A stretch of 64,000 bases of DNA from Chloroflexota bacterium (GTDB lineage: Bacteria > Chloroflexota > Limnocylindria > Limnocylindrales > CSP1-4). Under the pieces are notes generated by a model that was not told the origin of the DNA, did not search any database, and saw only the letters and a program-made list of their open reading frames with translations. The DNA is taken from NCBI GenBank assembly GCA_016191395.1, contig JACPOS010000025.1:81158-145157 (forward strand), written 5' to 3'. The translations under genes were made by a program, and so were the position numbers. Numbering within the stretch: position 1 is the first letter of the stretch; every line of letters starts with the position of its first letter. This document shows positions 44,526-57,000 of the stretch, one piece after another.

Positions 44526-44531
44526 ATTCTA
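44526..44531 (-). promoter_or_regulatory. Candidate -10 TAGAAT placed 6 nt upstream of the icd ATG (leaderless-type arrangement)
   Basis: Minus strand reads CCGCTAGAATGCGCGCATG. There is no SD between the hexamer and the start codon. Confidence 0.35.
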
Positions 44532-44586
44532 GCGGCGGCTCCCGACCCGGCATGACGGGTCCGAAGGCCCCATCCTCGGGGGCCGA

Positions 44587-44592
44587 TAGACT
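44587..44592 (+). promoter_or_regulatory. Candidate -10 TAGACT for the LLM oxidoreductase gene
   Basis: GCCGATAGACTCGG lies 26 nt upstream of the ATG at 44618, followed by an AGGAG SD. Weak evidence: a hexamer only. Confidence 0.25.
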
Positions 44593-44617
44593 CGGCAGCC
44601 CGACACAGGAGCCCTTG

Positions 44618-45535
44618 ATGCGCATCGGAGCCATGGTCCCTCTCGCCTACGGCGACACCGAACCGGGACGCGCCCCGTCGTTCGCGGAGACGCTGGCGTT
44701 CGGCCGGACGGCCGAAGCCGTCGGCCTCGACTCCATCTGGGTGTTCGATCACCTGATCTTTCGCGAAGCGGACCAGCCCGACGAGGGCCTCAACGAGGCG
44801 TGGACCACCCTCTCCGCATTGGCGCCCGTCGTGCCCCGGGTGGAGCTCGGCATCCTCGTGATGTGCTCGTCGTTCCGGAACGCCGGCCTGCTCGCGAAGA
44901 TGGCCGGCACGCTCGACGAGATCTCCGAGGGCCGGCTGATCCTTGGCCTCGGCTGCGGCTGGCACGAGCCGGAGTACGAGGCGTTCGGCTTCCCGTTCGA
45001 CCATCGGGTCGGTCGGTTCGAGGAGGACCTGGAGGTCACCACGCGCCTCCTCCGGGGCGAGACAGTGACCTTCGACGGCAAGTGGAGCTACTTCAAGGCC
45101 GCGGCGCTCCTGCCGCCCCCGAATCGCCAGCCGCCCATCCTCGTGGCCTCGAAGGGCGAGCGGATGCTCGACCTCACCGCCACGTGGGCCGACGCCTGGA
45201 ACACGGCCTGGTTCGGCGGGGTGGACGACGTCCTTCGCCAGCGGGTCGCCGCCCTCGACGGGGCGTGCGCGCGCGTTGGGCGCGACCCGAGCGCCATCCG
45301 CCGCACCGTCGGCATCCGGGTTCGCGAACCGGGTGCCCCGGCCGACGACGGCAAGAGCACCGATGCGGACACGGCGGGCCTCGCCGAGATCTTCGACGAG
45401 CACGCGGCGCTGGGGTTCGCCGACGCCGTGATCTGGTCCCTGTCGAAGACGCCGGCGGCACTGGAGCGCATCGGCGAGGCGCGCCGGATCCACCTCGGCC
45501 GCTCGGCGGCTACGCCGGCCTCCGCGCGCGCCTAG
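44618..45535 (+). CDS. LLM-class (luciferase-like) flavin/F420-dependent oxidoreductase
   Basis: ATG at 44618 has AGGAG 6 nt upstream. [21 protein letters not shown] and [20 protein letters not shown] are typical of the LLM family. Confidence 0.8.
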   Translation: MRIGAMVPLAYGDTEPGRAPSFAETLAFGRTAEAVGLDSIWVFDHLIFREADQPDEGLNEAWTTLSALAPVVPRVELGILVMCSSFRNAGLLAKMAGTLDEISEGRLILGLGCGWHEPEYEAFGFPFDHRVGRFEEDLEVTTRLLRGETVTFDGKWSYFKAAALLPPPNRQPPILVASKGERMLDLTATWADAWNTAWFGGVDDVLRQRVAALDGACARVGRDPSAIRRTVGIRVREPGAPADDGKSTDADTAGLAEIFDEHAALGFADAVIWSLSKTPAALERIGEARRIHLGRSAATPASARA

Positions 45536-45544
45536 CATTCGCCC

Positions 45545-46725
<1,181 letters not shown>

Positions 46726-46729
<4 letters not shown>

Positions 46730-47610
46730 GCATCCTGATCGGGAGCGAGACGCGCCTCGTCGTCCAGGGCATCACGGGCCGCGAGGGCGAGTTTCACTCC
46801 CTGGCCATGCAGGCCTACGGCACGAAGATCGTCGCCGGCATGACGCCCGGCAAGGGCGGCCAGATGGCCCTCGAGGGCACCGTCCCGATCTTCAACACCG
46901 TGGAGGACGCGGTTCGCGAGACTGGCGCCAACACCGCGTGCATCTTCGTCCCGGCGCCCGGCGCACCGGACGCCGTCCTCGAGGCCGTGGCCGCGGGCAT
47001 CCGGACGGTCTTCTGCATCACCGAGGGCATCCCCGCGCTGGACATGATCCCGGTGGTCGAGGAGGTCCGACTGGCGGGTGCGACCCTCATCGGCCCGAAC
47101 TGCCCCGGCGCCACGTCGCCGGGCCGGGCCAAGGTCGGGATCATCCCGGGATCCATCCATCGCGAGGGCAACGTGGGCGTCGTCTCGCGTTCGGGGACGC
47201 TGACCTATGAGGCGGTCCAGGCCATGACGGACGCGGGCATCGGCCAGTCCACGTGCGTCGGCATCGGGGGCGACCCGGTGATCGGGACGCAGTTCCTCGA
47301 CATCCTGAAGCTGTTCGCCGCCGATCCCGAGACGGCGGCGCTGGTCCTGATCGGCGAGATCGGCGGATCCGCGGAGGAGGAGGCCGCGGCGTGGGCCGCC
47401 GAGCACCTCCGCGACGTCCCGAAGGTCGCGTTCATCGCCGGCCGCTCCGCCCCCGAAGGGAAGCGCATGGGCCATGCCGGCGCGATCGTCAGCGGCGGCA
47501 AGGGCACCGCGGCGTCCAAGGTCACCGCGCTCGAGGCGGCCGGCTTCCGCGTCGCCGGCTCCCCCACCGAGCTGCCGGCGCTCCTGCGAGCGGCCGGCTA
47601 CCGCGGCTAG
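46726..47610 (+). CDS. sucD: Succinyl-CoA synthetase alpha subunit
   Basis: ATG at 46726 (an ATGA overlap with sucC). [16 protein letters not shown] and the phosphohistidine loop [10 protein letters not shown]. The 936-aa track ORF is an upstream in-frame extension. Confidence 0.95.
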
Positions 47611-47633
47611 GCGGGCCGACCGTGGGCCTCGTG

Positions 47634-48092
47634 ATGGATCTCGTCGCCGGCGACAGCCGCGAGATCCTGCTCGTCGTCGCGATGGACGAGCTCGCCGCGT
47701 TCGACGACCGCGGCCGGTTCCCCGCACACCTCGCGTTCGGGGGCGCGATCGATCCGACGTGGCTTGACCTGTTCAGCCAGGCCGTGCGCTCCGTGTCCGG
47801 TCGCGACGAGCCGCGCGACTTCCTGGACGCCCGCGCCGAGCTTGACGGCCCCGGCGAGGCCGGAGATCGAACCGTGGAGCGCATCGACCCCACCTGGATC
47901 GACGCGATCGCTCGCCTGGACGACCACGACCTTGACGCGGTGACCGGGCGCTGGATCGACCTCCTCCAGGACGAGATCGGCGACTTCCCGCGCGAGGAGA
48001 AGCCCGCCATCCGGAAGTTCGCCGGCGACATCGTGGCGTTCGCCCGCGCTGCAGACCACGCCCCCGCTGTGATCCTCGCCTGGTCGCTCTAG
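47634..48092 (+). CDS. Hypothetical acidic protein (~152 aa)
   Basis: ATG at 47634 (or GTG at 47622), just after sucD. Strong third-position G/C bias. Asp/Glu-rich with a duplicated IDPTW(L/I)D motif. No family recognised. The stop overlaps the giant gene stop through a shared CTAG. Confidence 0.55.
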   Translation: MDLVAGDSREILLVVAMDELAAFDDRGRFPAHLAFGGAIDPTWLDLFSQAVRSVSGRDEPRDFLDARAELDGPGEAGDRTVERIDPTWIDAIARLDDHDLDAVTGRWIDLLQDEIGDFPREEKPAIRKFAGDIVAFARAADHAPAVILAWSL

Positions 48093-51000
48093 GAGACGCC
48101 GGAGGACTCGTCGCGGGCGAGCAAATGGCGACGGCTGGCGCGACGCCGGCGCTCGGGCTCGAGGAGGATCGCCAGTCCGCCGAGCAGCCCGAGGAGCAGC
48201 GGCAGGATCGGTGACGGCACCTCGACGGGTCCGTGGTCCGCGCCCTCGTCCGTGTCGATCGTGGCCGTGTCGATGTCGTTGGTCACGAGCACCTCGGCGA
48301 TGCCGCCACCCGGAATGACGACGGTCGAGCTCTTGCCGCCGGGATCGCTCGGGGTGTAGTGCGTGCCGCTCCAGAACCACTTGAACGGGAGCGGCCCCGA
48401 CAGCCCGATCTCCGTCACCGTGCAGGACGTCCCGGCCGGGATCTGGTCGGGCAGGAGGAGCGTCCCGCTGGACTGGCCCTTCGCGATCGTGAGGTAGACC
48501 GTGCGACCCAGGCAGCTCACCTCGAACGCGAACGTCCCGCCCGGGAACAACGCGCCGACGAGGACGAACTTGGTGATCCGGAGCCGGCCGGACAGGAGCG
48601 ACCGCGTGTTGGTGACCGTGACATCGGCGATGGAGTCGCTCCCGATCACGACGGTCGAGCTGGTGCCGCCCTCGTCTGCTGGGTCGTAGGCCGTCCCCTG
48701 CCACGCATCGGTGCCCAACTCGGTGATCGTGCACGACGTCCCCGACGGGATGCGATCCGGCAGTGACACGCTGCCGGACGTCGAGCCCGATGGGATGGTG
48801 ATCGAGACGGTCCGGTCGAGGCAGCTGACGGTGAACTCGAAGGTCCCGCCCTCGAGCGAACCCACGATGTTCTTCGTGATCCGCAGCTGGCCCGTCTCCG
48901 AGCCGATGACGTTCGTGACCGTCACGTCGGCGACGGCCTGGCCGGTGATCTGGACCGTCGAGCTCGCGCCGCCGATATCGCTGGGCTGGTACGTGGTCCC
49001 TGCCCAGGCGTCGGTGCCGAGCTCCGTGACCGTGCACGACGTGCCGCCGAGGATCTTGTCGGGCAGCAGCACGGCGCCGGAAGCGGCGCCGTTCGGGATC
49101 GTGATCGAGACGGTCCGGTCCAGGCAGGAGACATAGAAGTCGAACGTGCCGCCGGAGAAGCTGCCGCCCGTGACGACCTTCGTGATCTGGAGCCGTCCGG
49201 CGATCAGGTCGAAGACGTCCTGCCAGAGGACGTGGACGATGGCGCTGGCGCTCACCGGCTCGGTCTGCGTGCTGTCGGCCGTCGCGGTGTTGACGATCGT
49301 GACGCTCGCCGCCGGCAGGAACGTGGTGTAGGTGCACGTGAACGACGCGCCGACGGCGAGGCTCGGCGGGATCGAGCAACCCGCGAGGTCGCTGCGCGTA
49401 TCCACGAGCGTCACGCCGCTGAGCGGCACGTTGCCCGTGTTCGTGACCGTGATCTCGTAGTGGGCCAGCGTCCCGAAGCTCGCCCAGATCTCGGCGAAGA
49501 ACGGGCCGGCCGCAGAGCTCGAGACGAGCTTCGTGATGGTGATCTGGGGGTTGGAGAAGGCGACGACCACCGCTGAAGCCCAACGGGCGCCGGTCTCGGT
49601 GGATGAGCCTGTGGCCGTGTTCACGGTGGTGCCGTGGCTCGCGAATCCGGAGTAGATGCAGGTGTACGTCGCGCCGACGGCAAGCGTCGTTGGGACGTCG
49701 CAGCCCGCGGCCACCAGGTCCGTGCGGTCATCGGCGAGGGTGATGCCCGTGAGCGTGACATTGCCCGGGTTGTGGAGCGTGATCCGGTACTGGATGACGG
49801 CGCCGTCATAGGTCTCGAGGTAGGTCGTCCACGAGCCGCCCAGCAACGCGACCTGCTTGGTGATCTCGAGGACGGGGTTCCGCTTCAGCCCGACGACCGT
49901 CACGGAATCGCTGACCGGATCGGTTTCGGTCGCGTCCGCCGTGGCGGTGTTCACGGATGTTCCCAGGGCTGCATCCCAGGTGTAGGTGCAGGTGAAGGAC
50001 GCGCCGGGCGCGAGGCTGGCTGGGATGACGCAGTTGGTCGTCCCCAGGTCGATCCGCGTGTCGAGAAGCGAGAGGCCGGTGATCGTGACGAGGCCGATGT
50101 TGGTGACCACGATGTGGAAGGTCAGCTGCGTACCGGCCAGCACCGTGACGGTCTCCACGTCGCCGCCTGTCGCCGGGTCGACCACCGTCTTGGAGATCGC
50201 CAGGGCCGCGGGCAGCCCAATGACCGTTGCGGAGGAGCTGACAGGCCCCGCCTCGGCGGCGTCCGCGGTCGCCGTGTTCACGGTCGCGCCGGCAGCGGCC
50301 GTCGTCGTGTACGTGCACGTGAACGAGGCGCCCTCGGCGAGCGTTGCCGGGATCGTGCAGCCGGCACCGATCAGGGACAGGTCGGCAAGGCTGTCCACGA
50401 GGCTGATCCCCGTCAGGTCGCCCGTGCCGGTGTTCGTGACCGTGATCCGGTACTCCACGGTCGCGCCGATCGCCACGGTGACGCTCTTGCCGTAGGTGCC
50501 GCCCGGGACGCGGACCTCCTTGACGATCCCGATGGCGCTGCCGCCGCCGCTCGCGACAACGGTCGCGGAGTCGCTGACGGGACCTGTCCCGTCTCCCGAC
50601 GCCGTCGCCGTGTTCACGGTCGTCCCATCGACGGCGGTCAGGGGGTACACGCAGGTCGCGCTGGCGCCGGCGGCAAGGCTCGTCGGGAACTTGCAGTTCG
50701 CAGCGACCAGGTCGGTCATCGAGTCCGAGACCGTCAGGCCCGTCAGCGCGTCTGGTCCGAGGTTCGTGACGGTGACGCGGTACCAGACGGTGGCGCCCGT
50801 GACCACGGTGACGAGGTCGCTCCATGGCCCATCCTCGGCGGTGGCGACGACCTTGTCGATGCGCAGGTCGACGACCGGCGACGGCGGTGCGATCACCGTC
50901 GCGGATGCGCTGACCGGCCCGGTCTCGTTGCTCGAGCCCGTGGCAGTGTTCGTCCGTGTGCCGACCTGGGCGACGTCGCCGTAGATGCAGGTGAACGTCT

Positions 51001-54000
51001 CGCCCGGGGCGAGCGTCGTCGGGATCGTGCAGCCGGCGGCGACGAGGTCCGTGCGGTTGTCCGTGAGCGTCACGCCCGTCAGCGACGTCTCGCTGGATCC
51101 GTTGGTGAGCGTGATCCGGAACCAGACCGTCGTGCCGGGTGCGACTGTCACGGTGCCCGCCCACGGGCCGACCTGCGACGTCGACACCTGCTTCGTGATC
51201 ACGAGCGGCCCGCCGACTGGACGGACGCCGGTGACCCACGCAGTGCCGTGCACGGGCACGGTCTCGGCGCTGTCCGCCGTCGCCGTGTTGGCGAATGTCC
51301 CCTCGCCGGCGATTTCGGGATAGAGGCAGGTGTACGTGGCGCCGACGGCCAGGGTCGTCGGGATGGCGCAGCCTGCACCGGCGAGGTCCAGCCGGTCGTC
51401 GGTGAGGGTGACGCCCGATAGCGGCGCGTTGCCGGTATTGGCGACGACGATGCGGAACCAGACCATGGTTCCTATCGGGACGCTGACAGCGCCCTGCCAT
51501 GGACCCGCGGGATCCGTGCCGACCACCTTCTCGATCGTCATGGCGTAGCGCAGCGAGCCCGTTACCTGGGCCGTGCTCTTGTCCGGGGTGACGCCGTCGG
51601 CGCTTGCGGTCGCGGTGTTCGTCAGCGTGCCGTCGATCGAGATCCCCTGGTAGAAGCACTCGAAGGCTTCGCCGGCGGCGAGGGTCGTCGGGATGACGCA
51701 GCCAGCGCTCACGAGATTCGTCAGCGAATCGGCCAGGGTCACGCCCGTGAGCGTGCCGGGACCGGTGTTGACGACACGGATTCGCCACCAGACGCTCGTG
51801 CCGGCAACCGTGTCGAGCGTCGCCGTCCACGGGCCGAACGCCGACGTGGAGACCTTCTTGTCGACATCGATGCCCGTCGGGATCGGCAGCCCCACCACGA
51901 TCGCGGTGTCCGTGTCGGGCACGGACTCGGCGGCGTCGGCGGTGGCGGTGTTGGTCGTGCTGCCGAGGGTGGCGATGGCGCTGTAGGTGCAGGTGAACGA
52001 GGCACCCGGCGCGAGGCTCGGCGGGATGACGCAGGCGCTGAGGTCGGCGTGGTCGTCGACGAGGGTGATGCCCGTCAGGGTCACGCCGCCGGTGTTGGTG
52101 ACGGTGATGGCGAAGTCGACGAGGCTGCCGGCCAGGACGCTGACGCTCGAGGTGTAGGGGTCGGCCGGCGAGGCCCGGACGCCCTTGGTGACCGAGAGCT
52201 GGCCGGGCGGCGGCGGGCTGACGATGGGCAGCCCGGTGACGCGCGCGGTGGCCGAGACCGGGCCGTGCTCGGCCGAATCCGCGGTGGCGGTGTTCTCGAC
52301 CAGGCCGAGCGCGGCGGTGGCGCCGTACTCGCAGACGATCGAGGCGCCTGCGGCCAGGGTGTCCGGGATGGTGCAGCCGGCGGCGAGATCGGTCCTGGAG
52401 TCGAGCAGGGTCACGCCGGTCGCGGTCAGGTCACCGGTGTTGGTGACCACGATCCGGTAGATGACCGGCGTGCCGGCGTCGACGACGAGGTCGGTCGTCT
52501 GGTCGCCGCCCACCGTCCGGACGGTCTTGGTGATCGCCAGGATCACCGGGCGCAGGCCGGTCAGGCGAGCCGAGTCGGTCACCGGGGTGGCCTGGTCGGC
52601 CGCGGCCGTGGCGACGTTGGTGATCGTCCCCCGCCCGACCACCACGGCGTAGATGCAGGTGAACGACGCGCCCGCGGCGAGGGTCGAGGGGATGGTGCAG
52701 CCGGCCCCGGCGAGGTCGACCGCGAGGCCGCCGGCGACGTCGGTCAGGGTCACGCCCGTGAGCTCGCTCAGGCCGGTGTTGGTGACGACGATGCGGTACC
52801 AGGCGGTCGTGCCCTCGTACGCCGTGAGCGAGCTCGTCCAGGGGCCCGTGGCGCTCGGCGCGACCGACTTGGTGATGCCGATCGGCGGGGTCGGCGGTGG
52901 CGTGGCGCCCGGGTCGGTCAGGGGCTCGTTCCGCTCGCCGGGCAGGAGGAGCGCGAGCCAGAGCGCGAAGGTCGCCCCGGATGTGCTGGCGTTGACCACC
53001 GTCGCCGGCAGGCTCTCCACCCATGCCGTGGGGAGCAGCGGCGCCACGATTCGCGCCGCCTGGTCCAGCCACCACAGCTCGCACGCCGGGTCATACAGAT
53101 TGATCGCGCAGGCTGCCGTCGTCCGCGCACGGAGGAACGTCCGGGTCGTGAAGACGTTGCTGCCCGCGCCACCGTCGAGCAGCAGCGGTGCGTGGTTCGC
53201 ATAGACCTGGAAGGTGTCGTCGCCCTCGCCGCCGAGTGCGTGCAGCGGGTTGGTCGGGCCCTCGCTCAGCCAACCGCGGACGGTGGCGACGATCGGGAAC
53301 AGGTCCTCCGGCTCCAGGCTGCCGTGGTCGGGACCCTCGAGCGCGTCGCGCTTCGAGCCGTACACCTGGCCGAACTGGAAGAAGTCATTCCCCGCCCCGC
53401 CGTCGATGTACACCGGCGCGCTCGTCCCGTCGACGGCGAACGTGTCGTTGCCGCCGTTGCCGTAGACGAACAGGCCCGTCCCCGCATCGTCGATGCCGGC
53501 GTCGTAGTTCACCCGCTGCACGAACTGGGGCCGCACGCTCGGGTCGAAGTTGGGGTCACTCGCAATCGCGTCCGCGAGGTCATCGTGGAGGAGCGCGATG
53601 AACGCCGAGTCGGTGCTCGTGATCGCCAGCCAGGCGCGCACCGCGTCCGGCCACTGGTCCGGCTTCAGGTCGCGAATCGACGTCGTCTTCCGGAGCAGGA
53701 AGTAGTCGTTGCTCGCGTCCGTCCCCGCGACGAGCAGGAAGTCCAGCCCGCTCGTGCCGCTGTCCAGCACGTTGACCACGTAGTTGCGCCGATCGCCCTG
53801 GCTTCCCGTCGTGAGGACCTGGTAGAGGTCACTCCCCTGCTGGCCGTCGAGCGTCAGCGTGTGGCCGGCCGCGACGTCCATCGTCTGCAGCTGGTTGACC
53901 GTGAAGGAGTCGGAGCCGTCCGAGCCGCCGCCGGTGGTGACCGACGCGCTGCCGTAGACGCGCGTCTTCGCCCGCAGGAACGTCTGGTCGAAGGTGACCT

Positions 54001-57000
54001 GGTCATCGCCGGTGCCGCCGAAGACCTCGATGAGCTTGGTGTGCTGCGGCCCGGATGTCGTGGTGCAGGCCGCGTCGGAGCCGGTGACGGGCCCCTGCGA
54101 GGTCATCCCGGCAACGGTCACCGTCGCGCAGACGCTGCCCGCGGGCGCCTTGGCGCTTGCCTGGAAGACCCAGACCTCGCTCGGCTGGAGGATGCCATCG
54201 CCGTTCACGTCGCCAGACACGTATGCGGGCGTCACGTCGTCCGTGATGTCGGCCGGCGTGCCGCGATCGTCGACGACCGTGAGTCCGGAGATGTCGAAGT
54301 CGCCCGGGTTCGAGACCCAGTACGTGAACTCGATCGGCGCGCCGAAGATCCGCGTGAGCGCGGTCCCGGCGGTGTGCGCCTCGACCCCGTCGACCCGTTC
54401 AAGGACCCCGATCGCCGCCGTCGGCTGGTGCGTCGGCGGGTCGGCGACGCCCGTGTAGCAGCCCGGGTTCGAGGCACTGTCGGTGAGATTGCCGCCGGGA
54501 TCGAGCCGGACGCCGACGCTGATGGTCACGTCCGTGCAGTGCTCGCCCGCGAGGACCGTCGCCGTTGCCCGGTAGACCCAGAACGTGCCGTCGTCCGGGT
54601 CGCCGTTGTGGTTCGTGTCGCCGGACACGAGGGTCACGTTCACGCCCGCAACGCCCGGATCGGTAACGGTGATCCGGGTCCAGTCGCCTGCGAACGCCAC
54701 GACGAAGAACCAGGTGACGGTGTCCCCGACCCGGAGGACCGGCCCGACCGGTACCGTGTCTGCGGCGAGACCCGTGTACGGCGCGATCCCGGTGGACGTG
54801 TAGACCTTGGCGACCTTCACGTCGTGGGCAACGATCGGGCCACCGGTGTACGCGACGCTCGTCGATGCGTTGATCGGCTGGCCGGCGACCGTGCCGCTCA
54901 CCGTTGCGGTGATCAGGAACGGCCCGGTCGAGGCGAACCGGTTGACCTCGAAGGTCCACACCTCGCCGGGGTCGAGCAGATGGTCCCCGTCGGTGTCGCC
55001 GGATCGGAGGATTCCGCTGCCCATGGCCGTCGGGAGGAAGTCGTCGTGCAGCGTGACGTTCGCGATCGGGATGTCGCCGGTGTTGCGGACCGTGTAGGTG
55101 AATGTCTGCGGGGCCCCGATCACCGGCGTGGCGTTGTTGACGACGCCCGTCACGGTGAGCCCGATCGATGTGCTCACGACCGGCGCCGGGCCGTCGCAGC
55201 AGTAGATGAATTCGCCGCCGATGACGCCGCCGAACGTCATGGTCGAGGCGCCGTTCGCGAGCCCGTGGATTCGGACGAACCGGCCCGCGACGATTTCCGT
55301 CCCTGCCGGCGCGTCGATGCCGAGCTGCATGTACAGGTCGATGTCGAGCGCTGCCCAGACGCCGGCGAGCTGGTCGCCCGGTCCAAGGGTCGTCGACGGC
55401 ACGACCGCCTGCGGGTTGCCCTGCTGGACGAGCGCGGTGCGGAAATCGGGCGCGGCGGCGGCCGCACCCGCGCCGGCCGTCGGGGCGACGATGAACAGGT
55501 CGTATGGTGGGGCGCGGGAACCCAGGCCGCCGACCACGATCAGCACGGAGCCGGTGTTCGAGCGCGCCGCGAGGAGGCGCAGCTCGTTGTCGAGCTGCGC
55601 GATGTAGATGGAGTCGCGGGCGGTGGCGTACAGCCGCCCCGAGCCGGGGGAGTTCGCCGACGTTCGCAGGAGGATCGGCGCGCTCCCGCTGCCGATGCCG
55701 CCGCCGATCGCCGCCAGGTCGATGCTCTCGCCGAAGATGAAGGGCAGGATCGGATGGAACGCCCGGCCGTCGACGATGGAGCCCCCACGCGTCGTGAGCG
55801 AGATGTCCGTCGGCACGTCGGCGCCGTGCTCGCCCGAGCCGATCGAGTCGATGCGAAGGTCGCCGACGGTCTCGGTCAGGTAGACACCACCGGTGTCCGC
55901 GGTCGCGTCGACATATCCGAACGGACTTGTCACGTCGATCTCGAGGAAGTCGTCGGGCGAGCCGACCCCGCCGCCGAACGCGTGCAGGATGATGAACAGC
56001 CCAACCACGTCGGCCGGATCCTCGACCGCGACGTGGTCCGCGGGGTCGCCATCGAGGATGCTGCCGGCGACCGTCGTCAGCGTCACGACGTTGCCGCGCG
56101 TCTGGACCAGCCCCACGCGCAGGTTGCCCGCGGTCTCGTTCAGGTCGATCGAGCCGTCGACGTCCACGTCCAGCCAGTTCGGGAGCAGCACGTCGACGAG
56201 GTTGAGCGAGCCGTCCACCGACGTCGGGGTGGCGGACACCCCGCCCTCGCCCGTGAGGCTCAACGTGTCCCGAAGCGAGATTCCGGCGCCGCCGACACCG
56301 GCGGTCTCATCGCACGGCGCCGGCGCGCACGTCCCGAACAGCGCGTAGCGGCCGCTGACGATGACGATGACCGGGGCAAAATGGTCCAGGCCCGTTCCGC
56401 CGAACGCCTCGAGCGTGCGATCGAGCGGATCCGACCCATCAAGGTGGAAGTTCGTCGTGATCGGGCCACCGTCCGTGGAGAACGCACCCGGGTCCAGGCC
56501 AGGCAGCGGCGCCGTGATGTCATCTGGACGGAAGTGGCGATAGACAGGCTTCGGTGTGCTCCAGAAGAGGTCGCCGCCGCCGTTCGCGTTCGGGATCTGG
56601 ACCTGGACGACGGATGAGCCAGCGATGCCGGTGCCGCGGAGGCTCGTCCGGAGCTCGACATCCACCGGTCCATTGGTCGCGAAGAGGCGATCGATCCGGA
56701 CCGTCAGCGGCGAGGTCGACGAGCCGGGCACGCGGTCATGGGCCCGAATGCTCAGCCGGATGCCGGTCCCGGCCTCGGCAGCGAGGCGGGGCTCGGCGAT
56801 GCCGGTCGCGGTTGAGCCGACGCGCGGCCGGATCTCGTATCGGATGAGCTCGAGGACCAGCCGGCCGTTCGCCTCGTCGATCGAGCCGTTTGGCGCGTAC
56901 AGGTCCACCAGGTTCGATTCGATTGCCACGCCCGTTGCGCCAAGGATCGAACCGAGCATGTTCACGACCCGCGTCAGCCCGATCGGGTTCGTGATCCTGC

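Noticed and set aside
47607-51830. Same-strand alternative-frame ORFs 47607-49583 (658 aa) and 49806-51830 (674 aa)
   Set aside because: They are out-of-frame overlaps of the giant gene. Their products are Arg/Gly/Asp/His-rich nonsense, while the main frame shows ordered repeat modules.
49199-52882. Regular ~333-bp periodicity considered as a CRISPR or other non-coding repeat array
   Set aside because: The repeats are long, diverged and in one continuous reading frame encoding DUF11-like modules. There is no short-repeat/spacer structure anywhere in the window.
52049-56617. 1522-aa plus-strand ORF, and similar ones at 57644-59197, 60164-62272, 49634-51421 and 62820-63914
   Set aside because: All are antisense to the giant minus-strand gene. 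Their translations are Arg/Asp/Gly-rich with no domain-like patterns. The minus frame carries all the recognisable repeats.
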